From: a virus
Reading direction: 5' to 3' (one strand)
DNA: 64,000 nt
Virus record (IMG/VR): IMGVR_UViG_3300005590_000001
Span: 32,001-96,000 of that record
The notes under the pieces were generated by a model that ran no database searches, was not told the DNA's origin, and saw only the letters and a program-made list of their open reading frames with translations. Position 1 is the stretch's first letter; each line of letters starts with the position of its first letter. This document shows positions 49,441-59,933 of the stretch, one piece after another. The position numbers and the translations under genes are program-made.

Positions 49441-50465
49441 AAATTTTAATTACCGGCGTTACAGGTCAAGTCGGTGCTTTGGCAGCTAAAAGATATTTAG
49501 ATAATAAACATACCGTTGTAGGTTTACATAGACGCTCATCTAATATGTGGCGTTTAAAGGAATTAGGAATTTCGCCGATTTTAGAATCGGGTGATATCAC
49601 CGATGCTACCTCTATGTTTAATATTATCAATAATCACCGGCCGACTGTAATTTTTAATACGGCCGCCGCTTCTCATGTCGGCGAATCTTTCAAAACTCCC
49701 GATGTAGCATTACAGCACACAGGAGCCGCCGTTCTCAATCTATTGGAAAGTGTACGCAAGGTCGGTGATTGGTATCGGCCGATAATAGTTCATTGCAGTT
49801 CTTCCGAGATGTTTGGTTCTAACTTTTCCTTTGTAAATCAGGAAGGTAAACTTGAGCATTCCAATTTAGATTTGCTAGCCAACAAACAACTGCCGAATGG
49901 TGCTTTTCAAGATGAAAATACACCTTTAGCTGCTAACTCTCCATATGCAGCTGCAAAAATTTATGCTCACAATATATGTGATTTATATAGGCGTTCATAT
50001 GGGATGCATATTATCACACCAATCTTTTTTAATATGGAATCATCTTTAAGAACAGAGGATTTTGTTACCCGTAAAATTACTTCTTATATCGGTAAATTAG
50101 AAGCTGGGTTAACAAACAATTTTTTATTCTTAGGAAATCTTGATGCTAGGAGAGACTGGTCTCATGTTAATGACAGTCTAACCGCTGTAGATTTAATGAT
50201 AGAAAAACAAAAATTTGAAGATTTTGTTGTTTGTTCTGAAAAAACACATACCATTAAAGAATTTTGTAATCAAGCATTTGGGCTTGTCAATAAAAATTAT
50301 ATGGATTATGTCAGAGTTAGTGAAAAGTTTTTCCGTCCGTGTGAAGTTCCGTATTTATTAGGATCTTCTAAAAAGTTAAAAAGTTTAGGATGGACTCAAG
50401 AAAATACTTTTGATGATTTAGTTCAAGAAATGGTACAAACTGATGTACGAAGAAGTGGGAAATAA
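49437..50465 (+). CDS. gmd: GDP-mannose 4,6-dehydratase
   Basis: ITGVTGQ, SHVGESF, SSSEMFG, SPYAAAK, FVTRKIT, LGNLDARRDW. Confidence 0.92.
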   Translation: MKILITGVTGQVGALAAKRYLDNKHTVVGLHRRSSNMWRLKELGISPILESGDITDATSMFNIINNHRPTVIFNTAAASHVGESFKTPDVALQHTGAAVLNLLESVRKVGDWYRPIIVHCSSSEMFGSNFSFVNQEGKLEHSNLDLLANKQLPNGAFQDENTPLAANSPYAAAKIYAHNICDLYRRSYGMHIITPIFFNMESSLRTEDFVTRKITSYIGKLEAGLTNNFLFLGNLDARRDWSHVNDSLTAVDLMIEKQKFEDFVVCSEKTHTIKEFCNQAFGLVNKNYMDYVRVSEKFFRPCEVPYLLGSSKKLKSLGWTQENTFDDLVQEMVQTDVRRSGK

Positions 50466-50642
50466 AATGAACAGCAATATGCATATATTTAAGGGGACAA
50501 TTGACTTGTGCCTCAAGATGATTCAAGAATTGCAATCATCTAAGCAAGCTCGCTTAGTTGGTTTGGTAGAAGATTGCTCTTCTGGTAATAATTATGTTTT
50601 AATGTATCGAAACCCAAAAGAAATTCATGTGAAATAGAAAGA

Positions 50643-51371
50643 ATGGATTGGCTAGATTTTAGTATAAATCAAAATAATATTGGTATTCTTATTGGTACTT
50701 TGGGCTCTGCTTGGGCCGCATGGTTAACTTTTAAGAATAAACAAGGTGTTAACGTAGTTAACAAATTTGAATTATTATTAGAATCGGAGTCTAAATTAAT
50801 TGCCACTTTATGTAGTGAGATGGAAAACTTAAAAAAAGAACTTTTCGAATCACAAAAAGAAATTAATGGTTTAAATATTTTATTACTAACCGAACGTGAA
50901 AAATTAATACATTTGAATCATTTGGTAAATTCACAATTTAATTCTATTAAGGCACTACAAAAATTTTGTGAATATATTCCAACTCCAACTTGGTTAAAAA
51001 AGCCACCTAATTTAGAGGCGGGTGAAGAATATTCACGTATGTTGTTTATTAATCAAGCTTATGAAGAACAGTGGCATATTTCTAAACAATCTTATATAAA
51101 TAAAACGGATATTGAGCTCTGGCCAAAAGTAGTAGCGGATTTGTTTGCCGTAAATGATTTGGAGGTTGCGAATAAATGTATAAGTATTATCACTAAAGAG
51201 CTTGTTCCGCTTAAACCATTTGAAAAGTCTAACAACTCTGAAATGAAAGAGTGGTTAATATGGAAATTTCCTGTAATGATAGACGATACAATAACTGTTG
51301 GAGGCATAGCAATTGACCTTGAAAACAAAAACTTTAAACAGAACTATATTCTTCCACCAAGAGGAGAATGA
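50643..51371 (+). CDS. TM + coiled coil + PAS-like domain protein
   Basis: N-terminal TM; P.PTWLK...FINQAYE...YINKTD.ELWP..VA..F..ND.EV...KFP...VGGIAID. Confidence 0.65.
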   Translation: MDWLDFSINQNNIGILIGTLGSAWAAWLTFKNKQGVNVVNKFELLLESESKLIATLCSEMENLKKELFESQKEINGLNILLLTEREKLIHLNHLVNSQFNSIKALQKFCEYIPTPTWLKKPPNLEAGEEYSRMLFINQAYEEQWHISKQSYINKTDIELWPKVVADLFAVNDLEVANKCISIITKELVPLKPFEKSNNSEMKEWLIWKFPVMIDDTITVGGIAIDLENKNFKQNYILPPRGE

Positions 51372-51888
51372 CGGTTGCTCGGTTGATTATAAAACCGTTT
51401 CAAATTTTATTAAAGATTTATATGAGCTTAATTTAGAAAATTCTAAACCTATTGACATATATTTGATTAATGTTGATGGTGGTGATTGGGGTTTTGGCAT
51501 GAGCATGTATTCTGATATACGTAATAGTGATTCCCCAATTACTATTTATGGTTCTGGCCTAATAGGAAGTATGGGTACAATTATTATGCAAGCTGCTGGT
51601 TTAAGATTTTTATGTAAGGATACATTTTATCTAGTACATACCGGTAGTTTTTCTTTTGACGGAGAAGCTAAGTGTGGTATAGCTTGGGCGGAATTAAATA
51701 AATTGATGTATAAAAAAATGATTGAAATATATGCAGCACGATGCATAAATGGAGAATATTTTAAAGAACGTAGTTCATCTTTGAGTAAAGTTAAAAGTTA
51801 TTTAGATCAAAAAATTAAAACAAAGACAGATTGGTATATGACAGCTGAGGAAGCTGTGTATATGGGATTTGCTGACGGAATTTACTAA
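51313..51888 (+). CDS. clpP: ClpP-like protease
   Basis: PIDIYL..GG, GSMGTIIMQA, LVH, DWYMTAEEAV.MGFADG. Confidence 0.8.
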   Translation: MTLKTKTLNRTIFFHQEENDGCSVDYKTVSNFIKDLYELNLENSKPIDIYLINVDGGDWGFGMSMYSDIRNSDSPITIYGSGLIGSMGTIIMQAAGLRFLCKDTFYLVHTGSFSFDGEAKCGIAWAELNKLMYKKMIEIYAARCINGEYFKERSSSLSKVKSYLDQKIKTKTDWYMTAEEAVYMGFADGIY

Positions 51889-52850
51889 TGGCGAAAAAAC
51901 GGCGCGGACGTAGGCGTAAATTATACAAACCTTCAACTCTTAAAGAATTGAAGTTGAATAGCAATAAGCGGCGTTATAATAAACGTTATCTTATGACCCG
52001 TAATAAGGTTTTGGCCCGAGATAACTTTACATGCCAACTTTGTGGACTGAAGGGTGTTAAGCTTGAGGTTCACCATATTCAATTGTATTCAAAGCACGTT
52101 TCTCTTCGCCGTAATCGCCGTAATCTTATATCTTTGTGTAAACAATGTCACGATGATATTAAAAATAAGGAAACATACTACAAGCCTATATTTCAAGCTA
52201 AGGTTGCCCGTAATACACGCCTTTATCGTCAGCGGAAAATTACACATGAAGAGCGAATGAAAGAATTAAGAAAGCACCAAGAACTCCCAAATAGTTTCGC
52301 CGAATACGAATATTTAGATCCTAATAAAGTTACTAAACAAAAGTATGAAGAACATTATTTACGCAAAACATGGCGTGGAATGAAATATCGAACCATGAAT
52401 AAGAATAGTAAATCATATGAGAGATATGGCGGTAGGGGCATTAAGATCTTCAAAGCTTGGTTAGATTTTGATACTTTCCGTCAATATGTCGAAACCCACT
52501 TGGGTGATCGGCCGAATGGATATTCTATTGATAGAATTGATAATGACGGCGATTACAGACCCGGAAATATTCGGTGGGGTACAAATGAAGTACAGGGTCA
52601 AAATAGAGACACTACAGTTTTAGATGAAGCAATGGCGTCCGCCATCTTCATTTTATATCATAAATATCATTTAAAACAAGTAAGAATTGCTGAAAAGATG
52701 GGGTTAAATAGTCCTACTATTATTTCGAATGTCACACGATTTAAAACTTGGCAAAATGTAACTCATAAATACATTTCAATTGTTAAGAAAAAATCGTTGA
52801 AAGAACAAATAGCAATTTACAAACAAGAAATAAAACATCAAATATCATGA
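51888..52850 (+). CDS. double HNH-domain endonuclease
   Basis: RDNFTCQLC..LEVHHI..NLISLCKQCH; YGGRGI..W...SIDRIDNDGDY.PGN.RW. Confidence 0.85.
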   Translation: MAKKRRGRRRKLYKPSTLKELKLNSNKRRYNKRYLMTRNKVLARDNFTCQLCGLKGVKLEVHHIQLYSKHVSLRRNRRNLISLCKQCHDDIKNKETYYKPIFQAKVARNTRLYRQRKITHEERMKELRKHQELPNSFAEYEYLDPNKVTKQKYEEHYLRKTWRGMKYRTMNKNSKSYERYGGRGIKIFKAWLDFDTFRQYVETHLGDRPNGYSIDRIDNDGDYRPGNIRWGTNEVQGQNRDTTVLDEAMASAIFILYHKYHLKQVRIAEKMGLNSPTIISNVTRFKTWQNVTHKYISIVKKKSLKEQIAIYKQEIKHQIS

Positions 52851-53527
52851 AGTTAGAAAATCAAAACTTTGGTAAACTTACTGTTATATCAAAAGATCCT
52901 AACAATAAAAATAATTGGATTTGTTTGTGCGCGTGTGGGAAACAAAAATCTATATATCAGGGGTCTTTGACCAGAAAAAGAGGTAATGTTACTTCGTGCG
53001 GATGTAATCCCAGTAGGAAACACAAGGATTTAACAGGTCGTACTTTTCATTATTGGACAGTAATCAATATACAAACTAAACGTAGAAACAGAATGATCTA
53101 CTGGAATTGTCGCTGTAAGTGTGGTGTGGAAAGATCCGTAAGAGCTGGTGATTTATTAAATAATACATCTAAATCTTGCGGATGTTGGAATCTTGAAGCA
53201 GCTTCGAAAAAATGGAGTAAAGAAAAAAATCCATCATGGAATCCCGATCTATCTAATGAAGAACGTTTACAGAAAAGAAATATTAATGAATTTAGAAATT
53301 GGCGGAAAGCTATTTATCATAGGGACAATTACACTTGTCAAAAATGTTTTCAACAAGGTGGATCTTTAAATGCTCATCATCTTGATGGTTGGCATTGGTG
53401 CGTAGATCGTAGATTTGATATTGATAATGGTGTTACTCTTTGTCGTTTGTGTCATTTAAAATTTCATAAACGTTTCGGTCGCAAAAACAACACCAAAGAA
53501 CAATTTAATAGGTTTATTAATGTTTAA
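52847..53527 (+). CDS. HNH endonuclease with N-terminal W.C.C.CG repeats
   Basis: FGKLTVI, WICLCACG, SCGC x2, RDNYTCQKC...AHH...NGVTLC..CH. Confidence 0.88.
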   Translation: MKLENQNFGKLTVISKDPNNKNNWICLCACGKQKSIYQGSLTRKRGNVTSCGCNPSRKHKDLTGRTFHYWTVINIQTKRRNRMIYWNCRCKCGVERSVRAGDLLNNTSKSCGCWNLEAASKKWSKEKNPSWNPDLSNEERLQKRNINEFRNWRKAIYHRDNYTCQKCFQQGGSLNAHHLDGWHWCVDRRFDIDNGVTLCRLCHLKFHKRFGRKNNTKEQFNRFINV

Positions 53528-53984
53528 ATTAATCGTAGATACTAGGGAAAAAAAGCCGTTTGATTTTATCGGCATACATAATAGAACTATTTCCCGTAAA
53601 CTAGATACCGGCGATTATTCTATTGAGGGATACGAAGATAAGATAACTATCGACCGTAAAGCTACAAGCGCCGAATTAGCAATTTGTTTAGGATCTGCTA
53701 AAGTTAGATTCTATAAGGAATTAGAAAGGATGAGAAGTTTTGACGAAGCTTATATTGTCTGCGCTTTTCCACTTTCTCACATTCATTGCTTTCCTACGCA
53801 TTCAGGAATCCCTCGCAAATTCCAACGCAGAGTTAGGATTAAACCTGCTTTTCTACTTAAAAGTATTAGAGAGATTGAAGAAGAATACGGCGTCGAGTTT
53901 ATCTTTTGTGAAGATAGAGATATGGCCGAATACGAAACTTACAGTATATTAAAAAACTATTATGAGAATAACCAAAGACGTTAA
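53520..53984 (+). CDS. ERCC4-domain nuclease
   Basis: IVDTREK, LDTGDYS, IDRK, RFYKELERM. Confidence 0.85.
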   Translation: MFKLIVDTREKKPFDFIGIHNRTISRKLDTGDYSIEGYEDKITIDRKATSAELAICLGSAKVRFYKELERMRSFDEAYIVCAFPLSHIHCFPTHSGIPRKFQRRVRIKPAFLLKSIREIEEEYGVEFIFCEDRDMAEYETYSILKNYYENNQRR

Positions 53985-56025
53985 AAGTAAACTAAAAGGA
54001 ACATTCCTCTATAACAAGACTAGTAATGAAATTATAGAGAAGATTAAAGGTGATGCTAGGTGGAACATTCTCGCCGATGACGATTCCTTGTATAATCCTC
54101 TCTTTAATTTACCGGATGAGGGTATGGAAGATTTTGCGAGGTATGTATCGTATTTAATGTCTCACCCGGATTATTTTTATTTAATGATTCGTTTATTATT
54201 TAATATGGATTCATATCCATTTCAATGTATGATTATTCGAGAAATGTACAATCACCGTTTCCCGATGTTAATCGGTTCTCGTGGTATGGCTAAAACAAGC
54301 ACGCTGGCTTTATATACCATTATTAGAATGATTACAATTCCCGGCACAAAAGGCGTTGTTACTGGTGCTGGTTTCAGACAAGCAAAACTGGTCTTTGAGT
54401 ATATTGAAAATGTCTGGAATAGATCGGCAGCTCTAAGATCAATTTATAAAGGTGGTAAAAATGGACCGGTACACGGGGCAGACGCTTGGTCTTTTCGTCT
54501 TGGTGAGTCTATTGTGTGGGCTTTACCTGTTGGCCATGACGGTAGTAAAATTCGTGGGTATCGTGCTAACTTCCTTATCAGTGACGAATTTGCGTCGATG
54601 AATAAAACGGTCTTCGAAGAAGTTATCTCTCCGTTCCTTTCCGTATCTTCAGACCCAATCGGACAAATGGACCATGAAAAGAGTCTTAAGGTGTTTAAAC
54701 ATCTTGGTGCAGATATCAGTGAAAAGGATCTCGTGAATGATATTTTACAGAACCAATTAATTCTTAGTGGTACGGCATATTATAAGTTTAATCACTTTTA
54801 TGAATATTTTGCTAAATGGCACCGAATTTTAATGACCGGCGGAGATCCTGAGAAACTCGAAGAAATATTTGGAGATGATGCATCTGCTAGTCATAATTGG
54901 AAAGATTATTCCTTACTCCGTATTCCTGTTGGTCTTGTTCCAGAAGGTTTCTTAGATAAGTCTCAGATTCAGCGTATTAGAACTCATACGGCAAAAGATG
55001 TTTTCCTTAGAGAGTATGGAGCTTGTTTTGTAGATGATAGTGATGGATTTTATAGACAAAGTCTTATTCAGAATTGCACCGTTACTCCTGACAAAAAAAT
55101 AGAGATTGATGGAGCCGAAGTTAAATTCTCACCCATGTTATACGGCGATCCTCAAAAACGTTATGTCTTTGGTATTGATCCCGCATACGAGGGTGATAAT
55201 TTTGCCATTGTTGTTCTTGAAGTTGAAGAACACTACCGCAAGATAGTACATGTATGGACTACACAAAGCAAAGATCATAGACAAAGACTTAAGGATGGTG
55301 TGATTACCGAAGTTGATTATTTCTATTATTGTGTTAGAAAAATCCGTGATTTGATGTCACGTTTTCCTTGTGCTTATATCGCTATGGATACATTTGGTGG
55401 TGGTAAAGCAATTATGGAAGCTTTCCGCGATACCAGCAGAGCTAAAGAAGGTGAGCGCGCTATCCTGCCAGTGAAAGATCTTGATAATAAACCTGTGGAA
55501 ACAGACTTTATTGTCGGCGACCATATTCTTCATATGATTACTCCTACCTCAGAATGGAACGAGACGGCTTATCATGATCTTAAGAAAGATATGGAAGCCA
55601 GAACTATTCTATTTCCTTATGATGATAACTTAAATGCAGGTTTGGCCGAATACTATGATGAGTCTTTAGGAGAGGCTAAAACACTTTATGATACTTTGGG
55701 TGATTGTGTTTATGAAATAGAAGAGCTTAAAAAAGAATTAACTACGATTATGATTGTAGAAACTCCAGCTGGACGCACAAAGTTTGTTATCGCTGGTGAT
55801 CAGCTTAGCACAGGAACTAAAAAAACAGACTTACATAAAGACCGTGTTTCGGCTTTAATTATGGCTAATTATGTTGCGCGCAATTTTTCTTCTTCGTCTG
55901 CCCGTCCAATTAACCCTGACGTGGGTACGATGCATGGGTTTCTACAACGCTCGGACAAGGGTACCATGTATTACGGCAGACCTGAAATCGCCGAAAAATT
56001 GAGCAACCTCTATAGAAATGTGTAA
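53962..56025 (+). CDS. terL: terminase large subunit
   Basis: SRGMAKT Walker A, RG.R...ISDE Walker B, SGT, REY, FGIDPA nuclease, KDRVSAL. Confidence 0.9.
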   Translation: MRITKDVKSKLKGTFLYNKTSNEIIEKIKGDARWNILADDDSLYNPLFNLPDEGMEDFARYVSYLMSHPDYFYLMIRLLFNMDSYPFQCMIIREMYNHRFPMLIGSRGMAKTSTLALYTIIRMITIPGTKGVVTGAGFRQAKLVFEYIENVWNRSAALRSIYKGGKNGPVHGADAWSFRLGESIVWALPVGHDGSKIRGYRANFLISDEFASMNKTVFEEVISPFLSVSSDPIGQMDHEKSLKVFKHLGADISEKDLVNDILQNQLILSGTAYYKFNHFYEYFAKWHRILMTGGDPEKLEEIFGDDASASHNWKDYSLLRIPVGLVPEGFLDKSQIQRIRTHTAKDVFLREYGACFVDDSDGFYRQSLIQNCTVTPDKKIEIDGAEVKFSPMLYGDPQKRYVFGIDPAYEGDNFAIVVLEVEEHYRKIVHVWTTQSKDHRQRLKDGVITEVDYFYYCVRKIRDLMSRFPCAYIAMDTFGGGKAIMEAFRDTSRAKEGERAILPVKDLDNKPVETDFIVGDHILHMITPTSEWNETAYHDLKKDMEARTILFPYDDNLNAGLAEYYDESLGEAKTLYDTLGDCVYEIEELKKELTTIMIVETPAGRTKFVIAGDQLSTGTKKTDLHKDRVSALIMANYVARNFSSSSARPINPDVGTMHGFLQRSDKGTMYYGRPEIAEKLSNLYRNV

Positions 56026-56046
56026 TAGTTATTAACACGTACTTTA

Positions 56047-58074
56047 ATGAGGATTACAATGAGCAATGAAATTAGTCGTATAACTGCAGCGTGCAATAAG
56101 GCTGCTTTAGAAGGTGCCGGAGCGCAGAATACTGTTACATCAGCTATAGGCTCTTCTTTCTTAACTGGAAATGTTCAGGTACGATCAAATGAATATAAAC
56201 GGAGTGATTATACATATTGGAGACCTTCAGAACGCATTCCTCAGCCATCAGATCATAATGAGGTTGTTAGAGCTTGTTCTGATGTTTATAACAATATTGG
56301 GATTGTCCGTAACATTGTAGATTTAATGGCTGATTTTGCCATTAAGGGTTTTGATTGGACGCATACTAATAGATCGGTAGAACTTTTCTATAAGAACTGG
56401 TTTAAGTATATTGACGGTCCTAATTTCATTGAACGATTCTGTGTCTCATTATTACGAGATGGTTCAGCTCCTGTATATAGAGAACTAAGCAAAATTCCTA
56501 CTGATATTGCTAGAGACTGGAAGCGTGCTAGAAGTGCGGAGTTTCAAAGCTTTGAATCTAATAAGTTGACTTTGCCTAAAAGTTATACTATTATTAGTCC
56601 GATGTTCCTATTTGATCATGATCCTACCAGTAATACTTTTGCGAAAAAGCCAGTCTTAAGAGTACAACCACCAAGGGGTCCGCTTGTTTTGGGTGATAAT
56701 TCTAATCATGAGCAGATCTTAAGAACTACAAATCCCGGCGCCTTCCGTGCTTATAAGAGTATACCCGCTGATTTACGAGAAAAGAAGATAGTGCAGGATG
56801 GTAAGGATATTGATATTTATCATTACCGGAAAAATGACTGGGAATTATGGTCATTACCTGTAATTTACTCTATCTTAGAGCCACTAATTATGCTGCAGAA
56901 AATGCACCTGTGTGACTCTTCTGCTTTAGATGGTGCTATTTCGAGTGTTAGATTGTGGCGTGCTGGTTACATTGATCAGAATAACGCCTTGAATTCTATT
57001 ATTCCGTCGCCGGAAGTTTTAAAGAAAATTCGAGATATTGTTCTAAATAATATTCACGGCGGTGTCCTAGATATATTTTGGGGTCCGGATTTGGACTTTA
57101 AAGAATCTAGCACTAATGTACACGACTTCTTAAAGCCTGATAAATATACTCATATTATGAATATGATCTATGACGGCATGGGCATCCCTCCAGCTTTGAT
57201 TGGTGGAGGAGCCGCTAGTTCCACTACAGGATTTACTAATAACTTCATTTCTATGAAAATCTTTGTTGAAAGATTAAATTATATTCGTATGAAGTTAAAA
57301 GAATTCTTAATGACTGAATCTAAAGTTGTTCAGTCGGCGATGGGATTTAGTACTCCGGCCGTCCCAGTATTTGAAGATGCGATTGTTTCCGACGAAAACA
57401 ACTATCATTCTGTACTTATTGAACTTTATGACCGTGACGTTATTTCTTTAGAAACTATGCGAGAAGAGTTTAATAAGTTAAATCATATTGAACAATCTCG
57501 TGTTCGGAAAGAATATAAACGGCGAGATAAGGAACTCTTACCGCCGAAGACCGGCCGGTATTATCAAGCTATTGATCAAGATCCTGAACCGGAAGTGGTT
57601 CCATCAGCACCTAAAAAGAATAGTGAAGCACCACCCGATAAAGGTGGTAGACCAAATAATTCCAATGACACAAAAAAAAGAAAGCCGAAAGTTGTTAACC
57701 CAACCTCAGCCGCCGATATGCTTCAAGCTCAATCTTGGGCAAGAGAAGCTTTAGATAAAATTGGCGATATTGTGTCACCCATTTACTTACAACTTAAGAA
57801 AAAGACTAGCGCTCGGCAACTTACAGATAAAGAATCTGCCGAATTAGAAGATTTAAAATTAGGTGTTTTGTTATATTTCTCTCCTTGTAAGTCGTTTTCT
57901 ACCAAATGTGTCAGTGAAGCTTTAAATAATATTCCTAATATAGATCAAGCTAAATCCTTACGGGATAACCTTTTAAAAGAGGTTCCTGCTAAATTTAATA
58001 GGGAAATTAATAAAGATGACACAAGAAAAGCTGCTGCAGCGGCCTATGTTATGACAAAAATGACACAAAATTAG
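56047..58074 (+). CDS. portal protein
   Basis: follows terL; IVRNIVDLMADF, GIPPALIG, size. Confidence 0.75.
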   Translation: MRITMSNEISRITAACNKAALEGAGAQNTVTSAIGSSFLTGNVQVRSNEYKRSDYTYWRPSERIPQPSDHNEVVRACSDVYNNIGIVRNIVDLMADFAIKGFDWTHTNRSVELFYKNWFKYIDGPNFIERFCVSLLRDGSAPVYRELSKIPTDIARDWKRARSAEFQSFESNKLTLPKSYTIISPMFLFDHDPTSNTFAKKPVLRVQPPRGPLVLGDNSNHEQILRTTNPGAFRAYKSIPADLREKKIVQDGKDIDIYHYRKNDWELWSLPVIYSILEPLIMLQKMHLCDSSALDGAISSVRLWRAGYIDQNNALNSIIPSPEVLKKIRDIVLNNIHGGVLDIFWGPDLDFKESSTNVHDFLKPDKYTHIMNMIYDGMGIPPALIGGGAASSTTGFTNNFISMKIFVERLNYIRMKLKEFLMTESKVVQSAMGFSTPAVPVFEDAIVSDENNYHSVLIELYDRDVISLETMREEFNKLNHIEQSRVRKEYKRRDKELLPPKTGRYYQAIDQDPEPEVVPSAPKKNSEAPPDKGGRPNNSNDTKKRKPKVVNPTSAADMLQAQSWAREALDKIGDIVSPIYLQLKKKTSARQLTDKESAELEDLKLGVLLYFSPCKSFSTKCVSEALNNIPNIDQAKSLRDNLLKEVPAKFNREINKDDTRKAAAAAYVMTKMTQN

Positions 58075-58116
58075 TCTTTTATAAAAAAATTGTGTAATTA
58101 TTTACAGAGGTAAATT

Positions 58117-59445
58117 ATGAAAATTTTCAAGGCTGAAGCTGAGATTGCAGATCTCATAAAAAATAATTCAACGGCGGTTTATGCCCCGATTATCTCATTA
58201 CAAAATAAAGATGAGCTTTCTGCTGACCGTAAAAAAGTTCTTGCGGCTTTTAGCCTTGATAAAAATTTTGATGTTTATTTCATTAATAGCATTTTAGCTA
58301 GTGTTGGTGTTAACAAGAATGATGATGTATTCTTAGCTTCTGAATTATGGGCAGCTAAAGATACTCCGGTATACAAACAATTCAATTATATGCACAATGA
58401 AAAAGATATCATTGGGTGTATCATTAAAAGTGCTGCTGTAGATTCTAATGGCCAACCTATCGTAGATGCTTCTAAAGCTAACGAAATAAACGATGTAATA
58501 ACACAAGCAGTCATTTGGACTTATTGGGATGATCCTCAGCTTTCAAAAAGAATGTCTGAGATTATTCAACGAATAGAGGCTAACGAACTATTTGTATCAA
58601 TGGAATGTTTATTCCATGAGTTTGATTACCAATTAACTAATGCATCTGAAACTAAAATTGTAAATCGTAATAACGATACCGCCTTTTTAAGTAAACACTT
58701 GAAAGTTTATGGTGGTTCTGGTCAATATGACGGTTATGAAGTTTCAAGAGTATTAAGAAATTATGTATTTAGCGGCAAGGGTCTTGTTGACAATCCTGCC
58801 AATCCTAGAAGTGTAATCGATTTTACCGTAACCAAAGCATCTAATCAGGAGAATATAATGACCTTAGATGAATTGCAGGCCGAGCTTGATCGAACAAAGG
58901 CAGAATTGAAAAATGTTAATGATGAATTTGCCGCGTTCAAAACAGCGCAAGCCAGTGATGCTGATCACAAAGCTGAAGTTGATGGCTTAAATAAGCAAAT
59001 CGCAGAACTTAAGCGAGTAATTGATGAGTATCAAGATAAATTTGACACTGCTAAAGCAGAAGCAACCTCAAAGGTTGACGAAGTGGTTAAGCTGTATGAA
59101 GCAGCTAAAGCAGAAAATGTTGAATTAAAAACAGAAGCTGTTAAGGCAGCTCGAATTGCTAAACTTGTCGCTGTGAAAGTCAGCGAAGATCGAGCATCGG
59201 AAATTTGTGCAACGTTTGCCGGTGTTAGTGATGAACAGTTTGATGAATTAGTGAAAACTTACGCCGCTCTTTCAAAACAGTCTGCTGCTCCTAACTTTGA
59301 TAAAGTTGAAGCTGAACAGGATGAATCATCTGAAGCTGAGTCTAAAAAAGACGATAAAGAGATGGAAGAATCTGAAGCTGAGACTAAATGTAAGTCAATT
59401 GCAGCTGAAATTGGCGAAATTCTTTCTTTGAATACTAAGGAGTAA
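58117..59445 (+). CDS. prohead protease/scaffold protein
   Basis: NKNDDVF, NYMH..IIG, VSMEC, FSGKGLV.NPANP; coiled-coil C-terminus. Confidence 0.75.
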   Translation: MKIFKAEAEIADLIKNNSTAVYAPIISLQNKDELSADRKKVLAAFSLDKNFDVYFINSILASVGVNKNDDVFLASELWAAKDTPVYKQFNYMHNEKDIIGCIIKSAAVDSNGQPIVDASKANEINDVITQAVIWTYWDDPQLSKRMSEIIQRIEANELFVSMECLFHEFDYQLTNASETKIVNRNNDTAFLSKHLKVYGGSGQYDGYEVSRVLRNYVFSGKGLVDNPANPRSVIDFTVTKASNQENIMTLDELQAELDRTKAELKNVNDEFAAFKTAQASDADHKAEVDGLNKQIAELKRVIDEYQDKFDTAKAEATSKVDEVVKLYEAAKAENVELKTEAVKAARIAKLVAVKVSEDRASEICATFAGVSDEQFDELVKTYAALSKQSAAPNFDKVEAEQDESSEAESKKDDKEMEESEAETKCKSIAAEIGEILSLNTKE

Positions 59446-59448
59446 ATA

Positions 59449-59916
59449 ATGGCTCTTAAGCACCAGATTCAAGTTCTTGAATATGATTTAAGCCGATACA
59501 TGCAGACTGCCGGAACTCGCGGTGGAGTTGTGTGCTTGGCTAATACTGGTACGTTCACTCCGGACATGGATCATCAGGACAATGTTGTGTCCTATGCAGC
59601 TGATCCTTCTGGTAAAGAACCCGTTGGACTGTTAATGCATACAGTTCGTTCCTACGATGTAACTGAAGTTGGTCAGAACTTCCAGAATCTGGATGTTGTT
59701 CCTCTGAACTCTAAAGTTACTCTTATGCGAAAAGGTACCTGTTCTACAGACATGGTTGATCCTTCTCGTTTATCTAGCATTGTTCCCGGTCCTGCGTATT
59801 TGACCGGTTCAGGTTTCTTATCTGATGAAGTTAGCGCGATGAACCCACAGGTCGGACGGTTTATGTCCTCTGCTGATTCTGATGGCTTCGTTAAAGTTTC
59901 TGTTCACCTTGACTAA
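59449..59916 (+). CDS. head decoration/cement protein
   Basis: position between scaffold and capsid; size. Confidence 0.6.
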   Translation: MALKHQIQVLEYDLSRYMQTAGTRGGVVCLANTGTFTPDMDHQDNVVSYAADPSGKEPVGLLMHTVRSYDVTEVGQNFQNLDVVPLNSKVTLMRKGTCSTDMVDPSRLSSIVPGPAYLTGSGFLSDEVSAMNPQVGRFMSSADSDGFVKVSVHLD

Positions 59917-59933
59917 ATTGGAGAATTGACATA

